Notes under the pieces: generated by a model
Databases searched by the model: none
Told to the model about the DNA's origin: nothing
The model's input: only the letters and a program-made list of their open reading frames with translations
NCBI RefSeq assembly: GCF_001457615.1
Contig: NZ_LN831024.1
Location: forward strand, 2,070,001 to 2,102,000
Source: Pseudomonas aeruginosa
GTDB lineage: Bacteria; Pseudomonadota; Gammaproteobacteria; Pseudomonadales; Pseudomonadaceae
Length of the DNA: 32,000 bases
Direction of reading: 5' to 3'
Shown here: positions 25,876 to 32,000 of the stretch, piece by piece
Position numbering within the stretch: position 1 is the first letter of the stretch
Layout: every line of letters begins with the position of its first letter
Position numbers and translations under genes: made by a program

Positions 25876-27435
25876 ATGAACGACAAGAACTATCTGCTGG
25901 CGATCGACAATGGCACCCAGAGCGTGCGCGCACTGCTGTTCGACCTGCAGGGCAACCTGCTGGGCAAGGGCAAGGTGGAGCTGGAGGCCTACTACTCGAA
26001 GCATCCGGGCTGGGCCGAACAGGACCCCGAGTACTACTGGGCGATGCTCGGCGAGGCCTGTCGGCGGCTCTGGGACCAGGTGGACATCGATCGCGGGCTC
26101 ATCCGCGGGGTGTCGCTGACCACCCAGCGTGGCACGGTGATCCACGTCGATGCCGAGGGCAGGCCGTTGCGTCCGGCGATCCTCTGGCTCGACCAGCGCC
26201 GGGCGGAGGTCCGCGAGCGCATCAGGGGGCCTTGGGGCTGGCTGTTCAAGCTGGTCGGCGCCGAGGGCGCGGTGGAGCATTTCCGCGCCCAGGCCGAGGT
26301 CAACTGGGTGGCCCAGGAGCAGCCGGAGATCGCTGCGAAGACCGACAAGGTGTTGCTGCTTTCCGGCTTTCTCAGCCACCGCCTGACCGGCCGTTTCGTC
26401 GACTCGGTGGGGTGCTGCGTTGCCTACCTGCCGTTCGACTACAAGCGCCTGCGCTGGGCCGCGCCGCGCGACTGGAAATGGCAGGCGCTGGCGGTACGCC
26501 GCGAGCAGTTGCCGGAGCTGTTCAAGCCGGGCGAGCGGCTCGGCCAGATCAGCGCCGAGGCCAGCCGGCACACCGGCATTCCGCAAGGCCTGCCGTTGAT
26601 CGCCGCGGGGGCCGACAAGGCCTGCGAGGTGCTCGGCGCAGGTGCGCTGGAGCCCACCATCGCCTGCCTCTCCTATGGCACCACGGCGACCATCAACACC
26701 ACTCGCGCCCGCTACCTGGAAACCGTGCCGCTGATTCCACCCTATCCGGCGGCGATTCCCGATCATTTCAATACCGAGGTGATGATCTATCGCGGCTACT
26801 GGATGGTCAGCTGGTTCAAGCGCGAGTTCGGCTTGCGCGAGATGCAGCAGGCGCGCGAGCAAGGGGTCGAGCCGGAGCAACTGTTCGACGAACTGGTCAA
26901 CGGCGTGCCGCCCGGCTCGATGGGCCTGACCCTGCAACCCTACTGGTCGCCGGGAATCCGCGAACCGGGACTGGAGGCCAAGGGGGCGATGATCGGTTTC
27001 GGCGACGTGCATACCCGGGCGCACATCTACCGGGCCATCCTCGAGGGCCTGGCCTATGCCCTGCGCCAGGGCAAGGAGCGCATCGAGAAGCGTTCGGGCA
27101 CGCCGATCGTGCGCCTGCGCGTGGCCGGCGGCGGCTCGCAGAGCGACGCGGCGATGCAGCTCACCGCCGACATTTTCGGCCTGCCGGCCGAGCGCCCGCA
27201 TGTCTACGAGGCGTCCGGCCTGGGTGCGGCGATCGACTGCGCGGTGGGGCTCGGCCTCTATCCGGACGTCGCCAGCGCGGTGGCCGGGATGACCCGCGTC
27301 GGCCGGGTTTTCCTGCCCCAGGCGGAAGCCCGGCAGATCTACCAGCGGCTCTATGGCGAGGTCTACCTGCGCATGTATCGCCAGTTGCGCCCGCTCTACC
27401 GCAGCATTCGCGAGATTACCGGCTACCCTGCCTGA
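25876..27435 (+). CDS. FGGY-family carbohydrate/polyol kinase
   Basis: 519 aa; YLLAIDNGTQSVRALLFDLQGNLLGKGKVELEAYYSKHPGWAEQDPEYYW; LRVAGGGSQSDAAMQLTADIFGLPAERPHVYEASGLGAAI. Confidence 0.92.
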   Translation: MNDKNYLLAIDNGTQSVRALLFDLQGNLLGKGKVELEAYYSKHPGWAEQDPEYYWAMLGEACRRLWDQVDIDRGLIRGVSLTTQRGTVIHVDAEGRPLRPAILWLDQRRAEVRERIRGPWGWLFKLVGAEGAVEHFRAQAEVNWVAQEQPEIAAKTDKVLLLSGFLSHRLTGRFVDSVGCCVAYLPFDYKRLRWAAPRDWKWQALAVRREQLPELFKPGERLGQISAEASRHTGIPQGLPLIAAGADKACEVLGAGALEPTIACLSYGTTATINTTRARYLETVPLIPPYPAAIPDHFNTEVMIYRGYWMVSWFKREFGLREMQQAREQGVEPEQLFDELVNGVPPGSMGLTLQPYWSPGIREPGLEAKGAMIGFGDVHTRAHIYRAILEGLAYALRQGKERIEKRSGTPIVRLRVAGGGSQSDAAMQLTADIFGLPAERPHVYEASGLGAAIDCAVGLGLYPDVASAVAGMTRVGRVFLPQAEARQIYQRLYGEVYLRMYRQLRPLYRSIREITGYPA

Positions 27436-27509
27436 ACCGGGCGCCGCACTTCCGTCCCGGATACGCGGTCAATAGGCAAAGACAAGGCCACGACGAGGGG
27501 TTCGGTTCG

Positions 27510-28418
27510 ATGGACAAGGACAAGGTTCTGCTGGTCCTGCACGGCAAGCAGGCGGGCAACGAAGAGGTTCGTGCCGCGGTCGCGGCACAGCGCGAGGCCG
27601 GGCGGGAGCTGGCGGTGCGGGTAACCTGGGAGGACGGCGACGCCCGGCGCATCGTCGAGGAGGCGCTGGCGGCCGGCTATGCGACGCTGGTCGCGGGCGG
27701 TGGCGACGGCACGCTGCGCGAGGTGGCCGAAGCGCTGGCGCGCGGGCGAGGCGAGGCGAGCCTGGCGATCCTGCCGCTGGGCACCGCCAACGATTTCGCC
27801 CGCGCCGCCGGGATTCCCCTGGAACCGGCCGCGGCGCTGGCGCTGCTCGACCAGACGGCGCGGCCGATCGACCTGGGCGAGGTGAACGGCAAGCTGTTCC
27901 TCAACATGGCCACTGGCGGCTTCGGTTCGAAGGTCACCGCGAATACCTCGGAGGACCTGAAGAAGGTTCTCGGCGGTGCCGCCTACCTGTTGACCGGGTT
28001 GACCCGTTTTTCCGAAGTGCATGCCGCCCAGGGCCGTTTCAGCGCCCCGGACTTCCAGTGGGAAGGCGAGTTCCTCGCCCTGGGCATCGGTAACGGGCGC
28101 CAGGCCGGCGGCGGGCACGTACTGTGTCCGCAAGCGCGAGTGGACGACGGCCTGCTGGACGTGAGCATCCTGCCGACGCCGCAGGACATGGTCGGTACCC
28201 TGGGCACCCTGCTCGGCGGTGGCAACGGAGTGGAAAGCCTGTTCGTCCGCGCGCGGGTGCCATGGCTGGAAGTGGAGGCGGCGGAAGGTCTCGACGTCAA
28301 TCTCGACGGCGAGCCGCTGGAAGGACGCAAGCTGCGTTTCTCGGTTTCCCCGGGCGCGCTGCGCGTGCACTTGCCGGCCGGCTCGCCGTTGTTGCGCGAG
28401 CCGCCGCGCGAGGACTGA
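27510..28418 (+). CDS. YegS/diacylglycerol kinase-like lipid kinase
   Basis: 302 aa from ATG 27510; LVAGGGDGTLREVAEAL, LPLGTANDFARAAGIP, FLNMATGGFGSKV, DGLLDVSILP, VNLDGEPLEGRKLRFSV motifs. Confidence 0.92.
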   Translation: MDKDKVLLVLHGKQAGNEEVRAAVAAQREAGRELAVRVTWEDGDARRIVEEALAAGYATLVAGGGDGTLREVAEALARGRGEASLAILPLGTANDFARAAGIPLEPAAALALLDQTARPIDLGEVNGKLFLNMATGGFGSKVTANTSEDLKKVLGGAAYLLTGLTRFSEVHAAQGRFSAPDFQWEGEFLALGIGNGRQAGGGHVLCPQARVDDGLLDVSILPTPQDMVGTLGTLLGGGNGVESLFVRARVPWLEVEAAEGLDVNLDGEPLEGRKLRFSVSPGALRVHLPAGSPLLREPPRED

Positions 28419-28520
28419 GGGCGGGGCCGACTGATCCGCTGCCTGGAGTGGCGTCTGTGTCTTGTCGGCCTTTCCCGCGACACCGTATAACAGCATCTTT
28501 CCACCAAGGATGCTGGTTCC

Positions 28521-29327
28521 ATGTTCCGTCTCTCCGCGCTGTACCGCTATCCGATCAAGTCTTCCGCCGCCGAGTCCCTGGAGCGCGTCGCGCTCGATGC
28601 GCTGGGCGTGGTCGGCGACCGACGCTGGATGGCGGTGGACACCGAAACCGGACGTTTCTTCACCCAGCGCCTGCTGCCGCAGCTGGGGCGTATCCAGGCG
28701 CGCTGGGCGGCGCCGGAGGTCCTGCGGCTGAATGCGCCGGGGATGTCCGAGCTGAGCCTCGAAGTACCGGCAGCCGACGCCAACCTGCGTGGCGTCACGG
28801 TCTGGCGCGATACCTTGCAGGCGCCGGATGCCGGCGACGCCGCAGCGGACTGGCTGACGCGCTTCCTCGGCCGCCCGACGCGCCTGGTGCACATTCCCGA
28901 GGCGCGCGCGCGGCAGGTCGATACCGGCTACGCCGAACCGGGGCAGAAGGTGCATTTCGCCGACGGTTTCCCGCTGCTGCTGATCGGCCAGGCTTCGCTC
29001 GACGACCTCAGCCAGCGGGTCGGCCGGCCGTTGGAGATGCTGCGCTTCCGTCCCAACCTGGTGGTGGAAGGCAGCGCCGCGTTCGCCGAGGACGGCTGGA
29101 AACGCATCCGCATCGGCTCGGTCGAGTTCGTCGTGGCCAAGCCCTGTTCCCGCTGCATCCTCACCACCCTGGATCCGGCGACCGGCGAGCGCAACGAGGA
29201 CCGCGAGCCGCTGACGACCCTGAAGACCTACCGGGAAAAGGATGGCGCGGTGCTGTTCGGGCAGAACCTGATTGCGCTGGGACAGGGCAGCCTGGAGGTG
29301 GGGATGCCGGTGGAAATCCTCGACTGA
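28521..29327 (+). CDS. MOSC-domain protein (with MOSC N-terminal beta-barrel domain)
   Basis: 268 aa; MFRLSALYRYPIKSSAAESLERVALDALGVVGDRRWMAVDTETGRFFTQR; EDGWKRIRIGSVEFVVAKPCSRCILTTLDPATGER. Confidence 0.9.
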   Translation: MFRLSALYRYPIKSSAAESLERVALDALGVVGDRRWMAVDTETGRFFTQRLLPQLGRIQARWAAPEVLRLNAPGMSELSLEVPAADANLRGVTVWRDTLQAPDAGDAAADWLTRFLGRPTRLVHIPEARARQVDTGYAEPGQKVHFADGFPLLLIGQASLDDLSQRVGRPLEMLRFRPNLVVEGSAAFAEDGWKRIRIGSVEFVVAKPCSRCILTTLDPATGERNEDREPLTTLKTYREKDGAVLFGQNLIALGQGSLEVGMPVEILD

Positions 29328-29370
29328 GGAACGGTCGCCCGCCGTTGCGGCGGGCGGCCCTTGCCGGCGA

Positions 29371-29757
29371 TCAGAGCTTGGCGTCGACGCAACCGGTGCT
29401 CAGGCACTCGCGCTCGCGTTCGCGGAGGAAGTCGAGGCGCTGGCGGGTCTTCTCGGTGGCGCAGTCGAGGTTGACGAAATAACCGTTGTCCTTGCTTTCG
29501 CTGCAGGCCGCGTCGCGCTCCTTGATCCAGGCGATCTGGCTCTTCTTCAGCAGGGTTTTCTGGCCGTCGTTCAGGTGCTTGCGCAGGGTGCCGAACTGCT
29601 GGTTCAGCTCGCGGTCGGCCTGGGAAAACTCGCCGCTGCGGCAGTACACGCTGTCGAAGGCGTTGCGCGGCGTACCGCAGGCGTCGGCGGCCAGGGCGCC
29701 GTCGGCGAGCAGCAGGCTGGAGGTGGCGAGCAGGGCGGTGGCGAGGGGCTTGTTCAT
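29371..29757 (-). CDS. LprI/DUF1311-family small secreted protein (lysozyme-inhibitor-LprI-like)
   Basis: 128 aa from ATG 29757; signal peptide MNKPLATALLATSSLLLADGALA; DRELNQQFGTLRKHLNDGQKTLLKKSQIAWIKERDAACS with several Cys is typical of DUF1311. Larger 479-aa ORF is an upstream frame extension. Confidence 0.82.
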   Translation of the reverse strand: MNKPLATALLATSSLLLADGALAADACGTPRNAFDSVYCRSGEFSQADRELNQQFGTLRKHLNDGQKTLLKKSQIAWIKERDAACSESKDNGYFVNLDCATEKTRQRLDFLRERERECLSTGCVDAKL

Positions 29758-29785
29758 CTTGAGGTCCTTTTCAAGGTACTGGAAA

Positions 29786-29803
29786 GGCCCGGGCGTCCGG
29801 GCC
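29786..29803 (-). terminator. Hairpin between slt and the LprI-like gene, possible attenuator or terminator
   Basis: GGCCCGG-GCGT-CCGGGCC, perfect 7-bp stem followed on the minus strand by TTTCC (short U-run). Confidence 0.45.
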
Positions 29804-29813
29804 GGGTTGGGGG

Positions 29814-31742
29814 TCAGAAATCGTCGAAGTAGCGTTCGTGCCAGTCGACGATGGGCTGCGGCGCATTGAGCTTCTGCCCGTAGATCACCGCATAGGACAG
29901 CACGTTCTGCACGTACTGGCGAGTCTCGTCGAACGGAATGGTCTCGATCCACACGTCGAAGGCCAGGTGGCGGGTATCTTTCAGCCACTGGCGGACGCGG
30001 CCCGGACCGGCGTTGTAGGCGGCCGAGGCGAGTACCCGGTTGCCGTTGAACTGGCCATGCACCTGGCTCAGGTAGGCGGCGCCGAGGCGGATGTTGACGT
30101 CGGGCACGATCAGTTGCTGGGTCGAGGCCAGCGGGATGCCGAACTTGCGCGAGGTCTCCTTGGCGGTGCCGGGCATCAGCTGCATCAGCCCGGTGGCGCC
30201 GACTCCGGAACGGGCATCGGACATGAACGCGCTTTCCTGCCGGGTGATGGCGAAGATCCAACTGGAGTGCAGGCCGCGGTTCTTCGCTTCGCGCACCAGG
30301 GTGGCGCGGTGCGCCATCGGGAAGCGGATGTCCAGGTCGTCCCAGTACTGCGCCTGGCTGATCGAGCGGATCGCCGGGAAATACCACTGCATGTCGTAGG
30401 CCAGCCTGGCCTGGGCGATCAGCTCGTCGCGATCGAACAGGCGCGCGGCGTGGTACCACTCGCGGCGGGCGTTGATCACTTCGCCACGGTTGAAGAACTC
30501 CATGGCCCGGCGCGTACTGGCGGCGTTGCGTACGCGTTGCAGGACGCGCGGGTCGATGTGCGCAGGACGGTTGCCGAGCTTGTACGGCACGCTCAGGCGG
30601 TCGGCGGCGAGGAAGCCGTAGAAGTCGCGCTCGCCGGCGAGCTTCTGGTACAGCGCGATCGGCTCCTTGCTGTTCGGCTGCGCCAGTTGCAGGCTGCGTG
30701 CCTGCCAATAGCGCCAGCGGCTGGTGGCGGCAAGATCCTGGGGCAGCTTGCGGGTCAGCGCGTAGGCTTCGTCCCAGCGGCCCAGGCGCAGCAGCAGGCG
30801 GGTGCGCCATTCGGTGACGGTGTTGTCGCGCAGGCCGGGATCGTACTGGGTCATCAGCGGCAGTGCGCGCGGATCGAAGCGCTTGGCCAGGCTGAGACCG
30901 ATCTCGCGGGCGATGGCGACCTTCTCGTCGCTGGAGAAGGGTAGCGCCGAGCTGTAGTAGTCGAGCAGGCTAAGGGCCTTTTCCGGGTCCTGCCGCGCCA
31001 GGCGGCGCAGGCCGAGACCGACCACGTCGGCGGTGGCATGGTCGCGCTGGCTGAAGCGGCCGGTCTGGCTCAGCTGGGCGGGGTTCTGCGCCACGCTGAC
31101 CATCAGCGCGCCCTGGTTGCCGAGGGTCGGCAGGCGCTGCGCGAGGTGCGAGGCGAGGCTGTAGTTGCGCGCTTCGGCGGCCAGCTTGAGGCGTTTCCAG
31201 ACCTTTTCCTCGGTGAGCTGGCCTTCGCCCTGCCAGAGGCCGAACAGGGTGTCGCAGGCAGCCGGCTGCGACTTGCCGACCAGCCACAGGCGTTCGCTGG
31301 TGGCGTAGCCTTCGGCCTTCTGGCCGTGGCCCAGCTGATACTGGCCATACAGGCAGTCGAGTTCGGTGAAGTTCAGCTTCGGATCGTAGTAGTTGACGAA
31401 GGTCTTCCAGTCGCCGCGGTCGGCCAGCAGGCGCAGCCAGCGCAGTTTCAGCCAGCCGATCTGCGGCAGGTCGCCGTGTTCGGTGAGGAAGCGCTCGACC
31501 TCCTCGTTGCTGGCGGACTTCAGCCGATGGGTCAGTTCGTCGTAGGCCAGGTAGGGTTCCAGCGGGTAATCGCGCAGGGCGCTGCGCGAGGCCATGTAGG
31601 GCGCGCTGTTGCCCTTGGCCAGGGCGGCCTTGGCCTGGTCGTAGAGACGGCGTTGTTCGGTCAGGGAAGCGGCGTGGACCGCGTCGACGAAGGAAATACT
31701 GAGCAAAAGGCAGGAAACGAGAGTGAACAGGCGACCGCGCAT
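29814..31742 (-). CDS. slt: Soluble lytic murein transglycosylase
   Basis: 642 aa; catalytic AITRQESAFMSDARSGVGATGLMQLMPGTAKETSRK; NVRLGAAYLSQV..NRVLASAAYNAGPGRVRQWL; superhelical N-terminal repeats. Confidence 0.93.
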   Translation of the reverse strand: MRGRLFTLVSCLLLSISFVDAVHAASLTEQRRLYDQAKAALAKGNSAPYMASRSALRDYPLEPYLAYDELTHRLKSASNEEVERFLTEHGDLPQIGWLKLRWLRLLADRGDWKTFVNYYDPKLNFTELDCLYGQYQLGHGQKAEGYATSERLWLVGKSQPAACDTLFGLWQGEGQLTEEKVWKRLKLAAEARNYSLASHLAQRLPTLGNQGALMVSVAQNPAQLSQTGRFSQRDHATADVVGLGLRRLARQDPEKALSLLDYYSSALPFSSDEKVAIAREIGLSLAKRFDPRALPLMTQYDPGLRDNTVTEWRTRLLLRLGRWDEAYALTRKLPQDLAATSRWRYWQARSLQLAQPNSKEPIALYQKLAGERDFYGFLAADRLSVPYKLGNRPAHIDPRVLQRVRNAASTRRAMEFFNRGEVINARREWYHAARLFDRDELIAQARLAYDMQWYFPAIRSISQAQYWDDLDIRFPMAHRATLVREAKNRGLHSSWIFAITRQESAFMSDARSGVGATGLMQLMPGTAKETSRKFGIPLASTQQLIVPDVNIRLGAAYLSQVHGQFNGNRVLASAAYNAGPGRVRQWLKDTRHLAFDVWIETIPFDETRQYVQNVLSYAVIYGQKLNAPQPIVDWHERYFDDF

Positions 31743-31966
31743 GACTTATCCGGGCAGGTGATGTCGGGTAACGTCGGCAGGTCCGCAACGGCTGCCTACG
31801 GGCGTTTCGACCGCTCGCGGGACTGGCGCGCGACCGCTGTCGCGGGCGCGCCCGAAGCCGGGCGGATGGCTCGCCTAAGCTTAGCCGTTGCGGCATGGCG
31901 GTGAAAGCGCCGTGCCATCCGATGCCTATCCGGCGTAAAATGCGCGCCCTGTTTCCGGAGGCGCCC

Positions 31967-32000
31967 ATGACCCTGCTCAAGTTCACCGATGTATCCCTTG
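31967..32000 (+). CDS. Start of an ABC-F type ATPase gene (Uup-like), truncated by window edge
   Basis: ATGACCCTGCTCAAGTTCACCGATGTATCCCTTG = MTLLKFTDVSL, typical ABC-F N-terminus, with upstream GGAG RBS. Assignment leans on recalled gene order. Confidence 0.5.
   Translation, partial: MTLLKFTDVSL

Noticed and set aside
25837-27201. 454-aa minus-strand ORF opposite the FGGY kinase
   Set aside because: Same high-GC shadow effect; the plus-strand kinase motifs explain the open frame.
25467-27509. N-terminal 680 aa of the 983-aa ORF that ends in the YegS-like protein
   Set aside because: Open frame runs out of phase over the GlpD-like and FGGY genes; the true start is the RBS-proximal ATG at 27510.
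29758-30810. N-terminal part of the 479-aa ORF over slt
   Set aside because: Alternate-frame extension upstream of the real MNKPLATALL start of the LprI-like gene.
1-32000. Possible defence island, prophage, integron, CRISPR array or transposon
   Set aside because: No integrase, transposase, reverse transcriptase, Cas, restriction, toxin-antitoxin or phage structural motifs seen in the supplied ORFs, and no regularly spaced repeats noticed.

Overview
This 32-kb window is ordinary GC-rich chromosomal core DNA. I recognise its gene content and order as Pseudomonas aeruginosa-like (rlmL - dacB - yggL - rocA2/rocS2 - dgt - YqjD/E/K-like trio - amt-like - opdQ - MBL/PNPOx/GST // TetR - glutaredoxin-like - cytochrome c - tRNA-Pro - mobA // moaB2-moeA2 - AraC // AGPS-like/GlpD-like/FGGY kinase/YegS-like - MOSC - LprI-like - slt - ABC-F start). 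I saw no CRISPR array, transposase, integrase, prophage or anti-phage cassette. The most interesting leads are: (1) a putative operon joining an alkyl-DHAP-synthase-like flavoenzyme, a GlpD-like dehydrogenase, an FGGY kinase and a YegS/diacylglycerol-kinase-like lipid kinase, divergent from an AraC-family regulator; (2) a PNPOx-family gene split by an apparent 1-nt frameshift at a G6 tract, inside a GST-PNPOx-MBL operon; (3) a clean inverted repeat inside the predicted GST promoter, next to a divergent TetR-family gene; (4) an LprI-like lysozyme-inhibitor-family gene directly downstream of a lytic transglycosylase; (5) a RocS2-like hybrid kinase with only a very short periplasmic segment. Functional names come from recalled motifs and family knowledge; no database search was run. 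Some hairpin and repeat coordinates may be off by 1-2 nt.
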